Assembly (NCBI RefSeq): GCF_000008665.1 | Contig: NC_000917.1 | Coordinates: 600,001-632,000 of the forward strand | Length of the DNA stretch: 32,000 bases | DNA from: Archaeoglobus fulgidus DSM 4304 | Lineage (GTDB): Archaea > Halobacteriota > Archaeoglobi > Archaeoglobales > Archaeoglobaceae | Reading direction: 5' to 3' | Shown here: piece by piece, positions 8,511-17,438 of the stretch | How positions within the stretch are numbered: the stretch's first letter is position 1 | Layout of the letters: every line of letters begins with the position of its first letter | Position numbers and translations under genes: made by a program | Notes under the pieces: generated by a model | Databases searched by the model: none | The model's input: the letters and a program-made list of their open reading frames with translations, nothing else | What the model was told of the DNA's origin: nothing

Positions 8511-9153
8511 TCTTTTCCAATATGGCCTCTATCTCTTTCCAGACGCCCTCTATATCTTTGGTTCCGTCCACGTCGTAGAGTATGCCCTTCTTTCTGTAGT
8601 AATCGATAAGCGGCTCCGTATTTTGCTTGTAAACCCTGTACCTCTCCCTCACAGTTTCCTCCTTATCGTCGTCTCTCTGGTATAGCTCTCCACCGCACTT
8701 GTCACACTTGTTATCCTCCTTGGGTGGAGCGTAAATCAGATGATAGACGGCTCCGCAGTTTCTGCACGTTCTTCTGTACGTGATTCTCTTTACGACTTCC
8801 TCCTCAGGAACAACAACGTTGATGACGGCATCGATTTTCTTGTTCAGCTCTTTGAGCATCTCGTCGAGAGCCTCTGCTTGAGCGAGAGTTCTCGGAAATC
8901 CGTCGAGGATAAAGCCCTTCTCACAGTCAGGCTGCTGCAGCCTCTCCTTGACTATGCCAATAACAACCTCGTCAGGCACAAGCTCCCCCTTGTCCATGTA
9001 CTCCTTGGCCTTTTTTCCCAGCTCCGTCCCCTTAGCAACAGCCTCCCTCAGCATATCACCGGTTGAAATCTGCGGAATGCCATACTTTTCGGAAACTCTC
9101 TTTGCCTGCGTACCCTTACCCGCTCCGGGTGGGCCGAGAAAAATCAGGTTCAT
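8500..9153 (-). CDS. adk: Adenylate kinase, long bacterial-type with a Cys4 lid
   Basis: 217 aa with the P-loop [15 protein letters not shown], and lid cysteines CRNCGAVYH...CDKCGG. It overlaps the convergent hydrolase by 11 nt. Confidence 0.95.
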   Translation of the reverse strand: MNLIFLGPPGAGKGTQAKRVSEKYGIPQISTGDMLREAVAKGTELGKKAKEYMDKGELVPDEVVIGIVKERLQQPDCEKGFILDGFPRTLAQAEALDEMLKELNKKIDAVINVVVPEEEVVKRITYRRTCRNCGAVYHLIYAPPKEDNKCDKCGGELYQRDDDKEETVRERYRVYKQNTEPLIDYYRKKGILYDVDGTKDIEGVWKEIEAILEKIKS

Positions 9154-9225
9154 GTGATTGCTTTGCAGTTACACCTTTAAACTTTTTGATTTTTACCGGA
9201 GCAAGAGAAAAAAAGGAATAAATTT

Positions 9226-11157
9226 TTAAAGTTTCTTGAGCTTCTCAACCGCCTCCTTGATTTCCTCAACCGATGCCTCCTCCTCGATCGTTGACAGGTC
9301 ACCAAGCTCCTGCCCGAGGAAAAGCCTCTTCATGACCCTCCTCATGATTTTACCGCTCCTCGTCTTTGGAAGCATGTTCACGAACTGTATGTCCTTGAAA
9401 ACAACAATCGGGCCGAGAGTTTTCCTCACGTGGTCTATTATCTCCCTCTTCAGCTCCTCGCTCGGAGAGTAGCCGGGCTTGAGAACGACGAATGCTGCCA
9501 CAACCTCTCCCCTGATTTCATCAGGTATGCCGCTTACACCTGCCTCAGCTACTGCCGGATGACTTATCAGGGCATTCTCAACCTCTATTGTCCCAATTCT
9601 GTGACCTGCAATCTTTATGACCTCATCAGCCCTTCCCGTGAACCACACGTAGCCATCCTCGTCAATGTAGGCAGCATCTCCGGTGCAGTACATTCCTCTG
9701 CCCGCTCCAACCTCCCAATATGACCTCACGTATCTGTCAAAGCTGTCCCAGAGCGTTGGTGTTAGGCCGGGGAAAGGTCTTTTGAGGTACATGACTCCCT
9801 TTTCCCTCGGTGGTAGCTCCTCTCCACTCAGCTCGTCAAGAACGACGGGAATTATTCCAGGTAAGGGAAGTCCGGCGGAGCCGGGCTTGATGTACTCCTT
9901 AATTTCATCCCCGTAGAGACCGTAGGGATAGCCGAATAGCGCTCCGGTGGTTTCGGTCTGCCACATGTGGTCAATTATTGGAATTTCCTCCTCAAAAACA
10001 TCTCTGTAGAGCCAGTACCACACCTCTGGATTCAGAACCTCCCCCGCACAAACCACCCTCTCGACCGAGCTCACGTCGTACTCCTTTGCCTTCTCCACTC
10101 CAAGCTTTCTCAGTATCCTCGCACCAGTCGGGGATGTCCATATCAGCGTTGCTCCGTTTCTCTCCACAACCTCCCACCACGTGCCCGGCTCGGGATAATC
10201 AGGAGTGCCGTCGAAGAGAATGCACGTAGAGCCTGCGAGAAGCGGGCCGAAAACCATGTAGCTCTGCCCGACAATCCAGCCTATGTCCGAGGTGTTGAAT
10301 ATCACATCGTCAGGCTTCAGGCCGTAAACCCACTTAGCAGCATAGTAGTTCCATATCTGATAACCTCCCTGAACGTGAACCACAGGCTTGGGCTTGGCCG
10401 TTGTGCCTGATGTGGGCATGACGAAGATTGGGTCCATCGCATCCATCTCAACATAATCACTGCTTTCTCCTCCTTTCAGGTCAAGAAACTCCTTCAGGGT
10501 GAAATCCCGCCCCTCCTTTAAATCGACCTCCTCTTCCGGCATCGCTCTCTTCACGACCACCATTCCGACGTTTTCCCTTACGTTTTCAGGCACGTAGCTC
10601 AGAGCCTCATCGATGTTGTCCTTCAGCCTCACCAGCTTCCCTCTCCTTGTGGAGAAATCCTGCGTGAAGATTAGCTTCGGTGTGGTCAGCTCAATTCTGT
10701 CGGCAACGGCCTTGGGGGAGAAACCAGCAAAGACTGTCACAGAAATAACGCCAATTCTTGCTGCTGCGAGCAGCATTGCCGCAGCTTCGATTGAGTTTGG
10801 AAGATAAAGAAGAATTCTGTCCCCCTTGCTCAGTCCAGCTCCTCTCAGAGATGCGGCATACTTTTTAACCATGCTGTAAAGCTGTCTGTAGGTAATTGCA
10901 TAGCTCAAGTCCATTTCGGGGTTTTCGTAGATGTAGGCAGGCTTTGAACCGTACCTCTTCACCTTGTAGTCAAGGCAGTTGTAGCAGATGTTGGTCTTCC
11001 CCCCTTCAAACCAGCTGAACTTTGGGTATTCCCATTTAAAAACATTCTTCCAAGGTTCAAACCAGTTTATGTCGTCCATGGCCTCCTCAGCCCTCTCATT
11101 CCAGAACTTTTCAGGATTTTCATACGCTTCCTGCCACAACTTTCTAAACTCTTCCAT
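9226..11157 (-). CDS. acs: Acetyl-CoA synthetase (AMP-forming)
   Basis: 643 aa. The ACS-type N-terminus is FW...WFEGGKTNICYNCLD. Also present are MPTSGTTAKPKPV, the TGDAAYIDEDGY.W..GRADEVIK region and PKTRSGKIMRR. Confidence 0.9.
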   Translation of the reverse strand: MEEFRKLWQEAYENPEKFWNERAEEAMDDINWFEPWKNVFKWEYPKFSWFEGGKTNICYNCLDYKVKRYGSKPAYIYENPEMDLSYAITYRQLYSMVKKYAASLRGAGLSKGDRILLYLPNSIEAAAMLLAAARIGVISVTVFAGFSPKAVADRIELTTPKLIFTQDFSTRRGKLVRLKDNIDEALSYVPENVRENVGMVVVKRAMPEEEVDLKEGRDFTLKEFLDLKGGESSDYVEMDAMDPIFVMPTSGTTAKPKPVVHVQGGYQIWNYYAAKWVYGLKPDDVIFNTSDIGWIVGQSYMVFGPLLAGSTCILFDGTPDYPEPGTWWEVVERNGATLIWTSPTGARILRKLGVEKAKEYDVSSVERVVCAGEVLNPEVWYWLYRDVFEEEIPIIDHMWQTETTGALFGYPYGLYGDEIKEYIKPGSAGLPLPGIIPVVLDELSGEELPPREKGVMYLKRPFPGLTPTLWDSFDRYVRSYWEVGAGRGMYCTGDAAYIDEDGYVWFTGRADEVIKIAGHRIGTIEVENALISHPAVAEAGVSGIPDEIRGEVVAAFVVLKPGYSPSEELKREIIDHVRKTLGPIVVFKDIQFVNMLPKTRSGKIMRRVMKRLFLGQELGDLSTIEEEASVEEIKEAVEKLKKL

Positions 11158-11276
11158 TTCATCACCTCTAATAGATATATTTATTTATTGTTAAAATCTA
11201 TTTTAAAAAACTTGCGAAAGCGTGCTGAGATAAATCATACCTGATATTAATTGAACTGTCAACTTTTATTCAATTA

Positions 11277-11316
11277 GAGTATTAGACAAAACATTTTTAA
11301 CTAACAACTACAAAAC
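11277..11316. repeat. Left terminal inverted repeat of the IS element
   Basis: Matches the reverse complement of 12327-12357 in the blocks AGTAyTwGACA, TAACTAAC and AAC..CAAAA, with a 9-nt insertion in the left copy. Confidence 0.55.
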
Positions 11317-11322
11317 AAATAC

Positions 11323-11805
11323 ATGGGACGAAAACCCGAAAAAGAGGTAGTTAGGTGGCTAACCCTGGAAGAGTTAAACGAAGAAATTCGCAAGAGAAAA
11401 ATCTGTTCGGAAGTCCTCAGAAAACTTTTCTTCATCAAAGAGCTATACAAGGGGGCAACTGTTCCTCAAGCAGCGAAAGAAGTTGGAGTAAGCAAAGTCA
11501 TAGGCTATGTATGGCTTGAAAGGTGGAATAAACAAGGTTTGGAAGGCTTAAAACCGAACTACGGAGGGGGAAGACCTTCAGAATTAAGCGATGAGCAGAA
11601 GGAAGAGTTAAAATCCATTCTGAAAGAGAGAGATAACTGGACAACAAAAGAGGTAAGAGAACTCATCAAGGAAAATTTCGGAGTAGAGTATAGCTTAAGG
11701 CACGTGAGCAGGCTGCTAAAATCATTTGGCATGAAATACGCCAAGCCATACCAGAAAGACTATAGAAGGCCTGAGAACGCAGAAGAGGAGTTTAAAAAAA
11801 CTTGA
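11323..11805 (+). CDS. IS630-family transposase, N-terminal DNA-binding part (ORF1)
   Basis: 160 aa with paired HTH segments: GATVPQAAKEVGVSKVIGYVWLERWNKQGLEGL and WTTKEVRELIKENFGVEYSLRHVSRLLKSFG. It ends 3 nt after an A7 run. Confidence 0.85.
   Translation: MGRKPEKEVVRWLTLEELNEEIRKRKICSEVLRKLFFIKELYKGATVPQAAKEVGVSKVIGYVWLERWNKQGLEGLKPNYGGGRPSELSDEQKEELKSILKERDNWTTKEVRELIKENFGVEYSLRHVSRLLKSFGMKYAKPYQKDYRRPENAEEEFKKT
11794..11800 (+). other. A7 slippery run joining the two transposase frames (+1 ribosomal slip or loss of one A in the mRNA)
   Basis: ORF1 reads TTT AAA AAA ACT TGA. The +1 frame is open from 11762 and reads KKLEELEVDLESCIIGFLDETS..., which holds the first catalytic Asp upstream of the first start codon of ORF2. 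Confidence 0.45.
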
Positions 11806-11911
11806 AGAACTTGAAGTTGACTTAGAAAGTTGTATCATAGGATTTCTGGATGAAACCTCGCCCCAGCTCAACGCAAACACTCAAAGGCTTTGGTCCTTCA
11901 ATAAACCATCT

Positions 11912-12337
11912 GTGAAGAAGAACACTACAAAAATGAGAGCCAACACTTTCGGTTTCTATGCGATAAATGGGGAGAGCGTTGTAGATTTCAAGGAAAATTC
12001 TAAGAAAGAATCCGTATGTGAATTTCTTGAGAAGATAAGAGAGAAGAATCCGGATAAAATCATAATCATTGTTCTGGATAACTTCAGATCGCACTGGGCC
12101 AGAAAGACGAGAAGAAAGGCAAAGAAGCTGAACATGGTTCTGGTTTATCTGCCTCCCTACTCTCCCGATCTGAATCCTATTGAGCAAATCTGGAGAGTTA
12201 TAAAGAGAGTGTTGTCTCCTCTCTTCATTAAAACGTTGGAAGAGCTTAAGGAAGTGATTTCGAATAGCTTTTACCAGTTAACTCAGAGAATGAGCTTCGA
12301 AGAAAAGTGGATAAAAAAGTTCTTGAATTTTGGTTAA
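11912..12337 (+). CDS. IS630-family transposase, DDE catalytic part (ORF2)
   Basis: The track ORF begins at a GTG, but the frame is open back to 11762. The DDE triad is GFLDETS (upstream of 11912), IIIVLDNFRSH and YSPDLNPIEQIW, with exactly 35 residues between the second D and the E. Confidence 0.85.
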   Translation: MKKNTTKMRANTFGFYAINGESVVDFKENSKKESVCEFLEKIREKNPDKIIIIVLDNFRSHWARKTRRKAKKLNMVLVYLPPYSPDLNPIEQIWRVIKRVLSPLFIKTLEELKEVISNSFYQLTQRMSFEEKWIKKFLNFG

Positions 12338-12357
12338 GTTAGTTATGTCAAGTACTA
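12327..12357. repeat. Right terminal inverted repeat of the IS element
   Basis: See the left repeat. It overlaps the transposase stop codon at 12335-12337. Confidence 0.55.
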
Positions 12358-12363
12358 TAAAAA

Positions 12364-13092
12364 TCAAAGTATCATGCTCAAGAACTTTCTGGTTCTCTCG
12401 TGTTTGGGGTTGGAGAATATCTGCTCCGGCTTCCCCTCCTCTACTATCACACCACCATCCATAAAAATCACTCTGTCCCCCACCTCCCTTGCGAAGCCCA
12501 TTTCGTGCGTAACTACAACCATCGTCATACCATCTCTTGCGAGCTGCTTCATGACATCGAGAACTTCCTTCACGAGCTCAGGGTCAAGAGCGGAAGTCAC
12601 TTCATCAAACAGCATCACTTCGGGATTCATGGCCAGAGCCCTTGCGATTGCAACCCTCTGCTGCTGCCCGCCGCTCAGCTGAGCCGGATAGTAGTCAGCC
12701 TTGTCCTCCAAACCGACCTTTTCAAGCAGCCTCATACCGAGTTCCTCGGCCTCTCGCTTGCTCATCTTCTTTATCTTGATTGGGGCAAGAGTGACGTTCT
12801 GCAAGGCTGTGAGGTGAGGAAAGAGGTTGAACTGCTGAAAAACAATTCCTATTCTCTGCCTCACCTTGTTGATGTCAATCTTGCTGTTGGTTATGTCAAC
12901 GCCATCCAGAAGAATTTTTCCGCTCGTAGGCTCCTCGAGACGGTTTATGCATCTCAGCAAAGTGGATTTTCCGCTTCCAGAAGGCCCTATAATGACCACA
13001 ACCTCTCCTTTTTCTACTTTCATCGTCACGCCTTTGAGAACCTCAAGCTCACCGAATCTCTTGTGGAGGTCTATGATTTCAAGCTGCGCCAT
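12364..13092 (-). CDS. glnQ: Polar amino-acid-type ABC transporter ATP-binding protein (GlnQ/HisP-like), without adjacent permease or binding-protein genes
   Basis: 242 aa with Walker [11 protein letters not shown]-loop FQQFNLFPH, signature [15 protein letters not shown], Walker [12 protein letters not shown] and H-loop VVTHEM. Confidence 0.9.
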   Translation of the reverse strand: MAQLEIIDLHKRFGELEVLKGVTMKVEKGEVVVIIGPSGSGKSTLLRCINRLEEPTSGKILLDGVDITNSKIDINKVRQRIGIVFQQFNLFPHLTALQNVTLAPIKIKKMSKREAEELGMRLLEKVGLEDKADYYPAQLSGGQQQRVAIARALAMNPEVMLFDEVTSALDPELVKEVLDVMKQLARDGMTMVVVTHEMGFAREVGDRVIFMDGGVIVEEGKPEQIFSNPKHERTRKFLSMIL

Positions 13093-13237
13093 CGCTTGAA
13101 GTTTAGGTTTGTTATATAAAATCTTTTTTCTCGTGCGTACTAATCAATACAAAGCATACGAAGTGAATTTTAAAGAGAGGCAACAGTTAGTATAATGTTT
13201 ATATAGAGGGATTAATAGAGTTAAACAAGGTGGTGTA

Positions 13238-14929
13238 ATGGAACACGACATCGTTATTGTCGGGGCAGGGATTGCAGGGATGAGGGCTGCAATAGCTGCA
13301 GCAGAAAAAAGCAGAAAGCTATCCATCGCTCTTATCGCAAAAACTTACCCCATCAGGTGCCACAGCGTTTGTGCGGAAGGTGGGACGGCTGCTGTTTTAA
13401 GGGAAGGGGACAGCTTTGACCTGCACGCCTGGGATACGGTTAAGGGTGCAGACTTTCTCGCTGATCAGGATGCGGTGGAGTTTTTTGTGAGGGAATGCCC
13501 TAAGGAAATCATAAGGCTGGAAAACTGGGGGTGTCCGTGGAGCAGAAACGAGGATGGAACGATTGCCCAGAGGCCATTCGGAGGACACAGCTTCAATCGC
13601 GCCACATACGCGAAGGACAGGACGGGCTTTCATGAAGTTCACACCCTCTACGAGCGGATGCTGATGTACGACAATGTCGAGATTTTCCCTGAGTACTTCA
13701 TAACCAACTTAGCGATTGAGAATGGAGCGGTGCAGGGAGTTTCAGCAATCCAGCTCAAGACGGGAGAGATGGAGTTTTTTGAAGCAAAAGCCGTGATTTT
13801 CGCCACCGGAGGAGCGGGGAGGCTCTACGGCTTCACAACGTACAGCCACCAGGTTACGGGAGATGGGCTGGCGATAGCCTACAGAAATGGCATCCCGCTG
13901 AAGGACATGGAGTTCTTCCAGTTCCACCCCACAGGCCTTGTACCTTCAGGCATCTTGATGACCGAGGGATGCAGAGGTGAGGGTGGCTACCTCTTGAACA
14001 AGAACGGTGAGAGGTTCATGAAAAGATACGCTCCTGAAAAAATGGAGATAGCGCCAAGGGATGTCGTTTCGAGGGCGATGTGGACTGAGATCATTGAGGG
14101 AAGAGGATTTGAGGGGGAGTATGGCCCCTACATAGCCCTCGACCTGAGACATCTTGGCGAGGAGAAGATAGAGGAGAGGTTACCGCTAATCAGAGATGCA
14201 GCAATAAAATTCGCTGGCGTTGACCCCGTGGAGGAGCCGATTCCGGTAAGGCCGGTCGCTCATTACACGATGGGTGGAATAGATACCAACGTGAGGTGTG
14301 AGACAGCAGTAAAGGGCTTCTTCGCTGCCGGTGAGTGCGCATGCGTAAGCATTCACGGAGCAAACAGGCTTGGTTCAAACTCCACTGCTGAATGCTTGGT
14401 TTTTGGAAGGGTTGCGGGAGAGGTTGCGGCTGAGTATGCATTGAAGGCGAAGCAGGGGAAGATTTCAGCCGAGTTCAGGGAGAAGGAGGAGAAGAGAATA
14501 TTCGATGAGCTTCTGGGCAAAAGCGGGGACGAGAGCCCATACCAGATAAAGAAGGAGCTGAACGAAACGATGGAGGCTAACATGTGGATTTTCAGAGAGG
14601 AGAAGGGACTGAAGGAAGCTGTGAAGAAAATAAAGGAGCTGAAGGAGCGCTACAGAAACGTGGAAATCAACGACAAGTCGAGGGGCTTCAATACCGATTT
14701 GACCTCTGCCATCGAAATCGGCTACATGCTCGACTTGGCTGAGGTTGTTGCCATAGGGGCTTTGAAGAGACAGGAGAGCAGAGGAGCCCACTACCGCCTT
14801 GATTACCCAAAGAGAGACGACGAGAACTGGCTGAAGCACACTCTCGCCTACTACACCCCCGAGGGGCCGAAATTCGACTACAAGCCAGTAACCATAACGA
14901 AGTGGCAGCCGGTTGAAAGGAAATACTGA
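13238..14929 (+). CDS. sdhA: Succinate dehydrogenase/fumarate reductase flavoprotein subunit
   Basis: 563 aa with the FAD fold VIVGAGIAGMRAA, FQFHPTG, CRGEGG, HYTMGGI and SRGAHYR. The RBS AAGGTGGTG precedes the ATG. Confidence 0.95.
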   Translation: MEHDIVIVGAGIAGMRAAIAAAEKSRKLSIALIAKTYPIRCHSVCAEGGTAAVLREGDSFDLHAWDTVKGADFLADQDAVEFFVRECPKEIIRLENWGCPWSRNEDGTIAQRPFGGHSFNRATYAKDRTGFHEVHTLYERMLMYDNVEIFPEYFITNLAIENGAVQGVSAIQLKTGEMEFFEAKAVIFATGGAGRLYGFTTYSHQVTGDGLAIAYRNGIPLKDMEFFQFHPTGLVPSGILMTEGCRGEGGYLLNKNGERFMKRYAPEKMEIAPRDVVSRAMWTEIIEGRGFEGEYGPYIALDLRHLGEEKIEERLPLIRDAAIKFAGVDPVEEPIPVRPVAHYTMGGIDTNVRCETAVKGFFAAGECACVSIHGANRLGSNSTAECLVFGRVAGEVAAEYALKAKQGKISAEFREKEEKRIFDELLGKSGDESPYQIKKELNETMEANMWIFREEKGLKEAVKKIKELKERYRNVEINDKSRGFNTDLTSAIEIGYMLDLAEVVAIGALKRQESRGAHYRLDYPKRDDENWLKHTLAYYTPEGPKFDYKPVTITKWQPVERKY

Positions 14930-14938
14930 GGTGGTTGG

Positions 14939-15649
14939 ATGGTGGAGTTCAGGATTAGAAGGTTTGATGGGACAAAGGCTTACTGGCAGAGCTTCGAGGT
15001 GCCTGCAAAGAGGGGGATGACCGTTCTTGAGGCTCTATACTACATCAAGGAGAATCTCGATTCAAGCCTTGCTTTCAGAGCCTCATGCAGAATGGGAATT
15101 TGCGGTAGCTGCGCGATGAAGATAAACGATAAGCCACGGTTAGCGTGTGAGACTCAGGTTTTAACTCTCGGCAATGCTGTGAAGGTTGAGCCCTTGGATA
15201 ACTTCAAGGTGATTAAAGACTTGATTACGGAGTTTGATGGATTCTTCGCCAAGCACAAGGCCGTGAAGCCATATCTGATAAGAAAGGATGACAACTACGC
15301 AGAGCCCAAAGAATTGCTGCAGACTCCGGAGGAGCTGAATGAGTACTACGTCTTCACACTCTGCATCAAGTGCGGAGCCTGCTACTCGGTCTGCCCAGCA
15401 GCAGCAACTCTTGACGGCTACCTTGGCCCCGCTGCAATGACTGCTGCCTATAGATTCTGCGCTGACAGCAGGGATGATGGGCAGAGGGAGAGGTACGAGA
15501 TTGCCAGCTCATCAAACGGAGTCTGGAGGTGCCATCTAGCAATGGAGTGCAGCGAGGTTTGTCCAAAAAATGTGGAGCCTGCCAAGGCTGTGCAGATGCT
15601 GAGGAAAAAGACAGCTTTCAGCATTCTGAAGAGCCTTTTGGGGTGGTAG
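14939..15649 (+). CDS. sdhB: Succinate dehydrogenase/fumarate reductase iron-sulfur subunit
   Basis: 236 aa with three cluster motifs: CRMGICGSCAM, CIKCGACYSVCP and CHLAMECSEVCPK. Confidence 0.95.
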   Translation: MVEFRIRRFDGTKAYWQSFEVPAKRGMTVLEALYYIKENLDSSLAFRASCRMGICGSCAMKINDKPRLACETQVLTLGNAVKVEPLDNFKVIKDLITEFDGFFAKHKAVKPYLIRKDDNYAEPKELLQTPEELNEYYVFTLCIKCGACYSVCPAAATLDGYLGPAAMTAAYRFCADSRDDGQRERYEIASSSNGVWRCHLAMECSEVCPKNVEPAKAVQMLRKKTAFSILKSLLGW

Positions 15650-15650
15650 A

Positions 15651-16025
15651 ATGGGCGTTTCAGGCTGGTTCAGGTTTAAGGGAAGGAGCCTTTTCAGCTG
15701 GGCCTTCACGTTTCAGCGTCTCACTGGAGTTGTGCTGCTGATTTACCTTTTGATGCATCTAACCTACCTCTCGTCCCTTATGGACAAGACTGGGTCAACT
15801 TACGAGGGGATGATAGCTCTTACTGTCTCAAGGCAGTTTCTCGTCTTCGACCTGCTGCTTGTGCTCTGCGGTGTTTTTCACGGAGTTAACGGCTTCAGAA
15901 TAATCCTGCACGAGTTTGGGGTGGCTTACGAGTACAGAAAGCCTCTTCTTGTGATTTTCACCTTAATTGCAGTGGTGGTGTGGCTCTACGCAAGCTACAT
16001 CATGTATTCTCTAACGGGTGGTTGA
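15651..16025 (+). CDS. sdhC: Succinate dehydrogenase membrane subunit (cytochrome b-like)
   Basis: 124 aa with three predicted TM helices. His residues sit in the helices (LMHLTY, VFHGVNGFRIILH). It starts 1 nt after the sdhB stop. Confidence 0.8.
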   Translation: MGVSGWFRFKGRSLFSWAFTFQRLTGVVLLIYLLMHLTYLSSLMDKTGSTYEGMIALTVSRQFLVFDLLLVLCGVFHGVNGFRIILHEFGVAYEYRKPLLVIFTLIAVVVWLYASYIMYSLTGG

Positions 16026-16026
16026 A

Positions 16027-16371
16027 ATGGAGTCTGCAAAGAGCGTTCTGGAACCACTTGCATGGCTTATGCAGATGATCACCGGACTGCTGATGATTTT
16101 GCTGGTAACAGCCCACTTCTATGTGACCCACATGACCACACATGATGCGCTTAGATATGCTGAGGTTGTTGAGAGGGTCGCTCAGCCTGAGTTCAAGGCT
16201 CTCTATGCGCTTTTACTGCTTGCAGTGTCCTTCCACGCCTTCAACGGGCTGAGGGCAATACTACTGGACACCAATGCGGGAATGAGGAAAAAGGGGGCAG
16301 TTTCAGCTTTGACAACGCTCGCCTTCCTTCTGGCGTTCTTCTACGGGCTTTATCTTCTGTTTTCAATTTAA
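16027..16371 (+). CDS. sdhD: Succinate dehydrogenase membrane anchor subunit
   Basis: ~114 aa from the ATG at 16027; the GTG at 16018 is an alternative. Three TM helices carry His residues (TAHFYVTH, SFHAFNGLRAIL). A T5 run follows the stop. Confidence 0.75.
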   Translation: MESAKSVLEPLAWLMQMITGLLMILLVTAHFYVTHMTTHDALRYAEVVERVAQPEFKALYALLLLAVSFHAFNGLRAILLDTNAGMRKKGAVSALTTLAFLLAFFYGLYLLFSI

Positions 16372-16418
16372 TTTTTAAAGGAAAGATTTATCTTGCAAGA
16401 GTCCAATTTTTCCACGTC

Positions 16419-16490
16419 GCCCCCGTGGGGTAGCGGATATCCTGAGGGGCTGCGGACTCCTCGACCCGGGTTCAACTCCCGGCGGGGGCA
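16419..16490 (+). tRNA. tRNA-Arg (anticodon GCG)
   Basis: 72-nt cloverleaf read by hand. Acceptor stem GCCCCCG/CGGGGGC; T-arm CCGGG-TTCAACT-CCCGG; anticodon arm AGGGG-CTGCGGA-CTCCT. The discriminator is A and no CCA is encoded. An AT-rich box lies ~27 nt upstream and a T5 run follows at 16496-16500. Confidence 0.85.
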
Positions 16491-16583
16491 TGGAATTTTT
16501 AATGTCAATAAATGCTAGTTCAAGCCTTTGAGGAGTTCATAGAATTTTCCAAAAATTTCTATTTCTTCACAATAAATAGGTCT

Positions 16584-17438
16584 ATGAATTACAAAAATAT
16601 TGAGGTAGAAGAGGATGGGAGGGTTTTCACTATACGCATCAACAGACCCGAAGTTCTGAACTGCATAGACCCCGAAACCAATGAAGAGCTTTTTGAGGCT
16701 TGGAAAACTTTCAGAGACGACGACGATTTGTGGGTTGCAATAATCACGGGAACTGACAGAGCGTTTTGTACTGGAGCTGACCTAAAGGCGTGGCACAAGT
16801 TTGTGCTGGAGCAGAGGGTTAACTTCCCGAGGAAGAACGCCTACTACGGCCCGGGCTTTGGCGGGTTGACGAGGGGGATGGAGATTTTCAAGCCGATAAT
16901 TGCTGCCATAAACGGCCTTTGCTATGCAGGCGGTCTTGAAATTGCACTTGCAGCCGACATAAGGATTTGCTCCGAAAATGCCAGATTTGGGGTGTTGAAC
17001 AGAAGATGGAATGTTGGATTGGGTGACGGAGGAACTCAGAGGCTTTGGAGGGTAGTTGGGCTTGGAAGGGCAATGGAGCTTATTCTGACGGGGAAGGAGA
17101 TCGATGCGGAAGAAGCATACAGGATAGGGCTCGTGAATGAGGTTGTCCCTGCGGAGAAGCTTTTGAAGAGGGCAAAGGAAGTGGCGAGGAGAATATGCTC
17201 CTTCCCTCAGGGCTCGGTAAGAATGGACAAGGAGGCCGTGATAAGGGGCATTGGAAGGCCGATTGAGGAGGGTGTAAGGGTGGAGAACCTGCTCTTCTGG
17301 AATCTGCTGCTCAACAGGGACTTCTTCGAGGGGCCTGCTGCCTTCAGAGATAAAAGGGAGGCAGAATTTACCAATGAGAGTGAAAAGTTGAGAGATGTTT
17401 TGAGCCCTGATTTGGTGAGGAGGTGGTTGGATGAGTGA
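16584..17438 (+). CDS. Enoyl-CoA hydratase/isomerase (crotonase) family protein
   Basis: The ATG at 16584 gives MNYKNIEVEEDGRVFTIRINRPEVLN. Crotonase motifs are ITGTDRAFCTGADLK and YAGGLEIALAADIRI. The 24-codon upstream extension from 16512 looks non-homologous. Confidence 0.85.
   Translation: MNYKNIEVEEDGRVFTIRINRPEVLNCIDPETNEELFEAWKTFRDDDDLWVAIITGTDRAFCTGADLKAWHKFVLEQRVNFPRKNAYYGPGFGGLTRGMEIFKPIIAAINGLCYAGGLEIALAADIRICSENARFGVLNRRWNVGLGDGGTQRLWRVVGLGRAMELILTGKEIDAEEAYRIGLVNEVVPAEKLLKRAKEVARRICSFPQGSVRMDKEAVIRGIGRPIEEGVRVENLLFWNLLLNRDFFEGPAAFRDKREAEFTNESEKLRDVLSPDLVRRWLDE

Larger units (their letters stand above)
11277..12357 (+). mobile_element. IS630/Tc1-mariner family insertion sequence, ~1081 bp, flanked by a TA duplication (size matches my recollection of Archaeoglobus ISA1083)
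   Basis: Imperfect terminal inverted repeats are present. The left end reads GAGTATTAGACA...TAACTAAC..AACTACAAAA; the reverse complement of the right end reads TAGTACTTGACATAACTAACTTAACCAAAA. TA dinucleotides flank it at 11275-11276 and 12358-12359. Inside are an HTH ORF and a DD35E ORF. The element looks more AT-rich than its neighbours. Confidence 0.8.

Noticed and set aside
12400-13119. 239-aa plus-strand ORF covering the whole ABC-ATPase gene
   Set aside because: The opposite strand encodes a complete set of Walker A, Q-loop, signature, Walker B and H-loop motifs. This ORF has no recognisable features.
16512-16583. 24-codon N-terminal extension of the enoyl-CoA hydratase
   Set aside because: The extension starts right after the tRNA terminator and has an atypical sequence (FYFFTINRS). 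The crotonase N-terminus aligns from the ATG at 16584.
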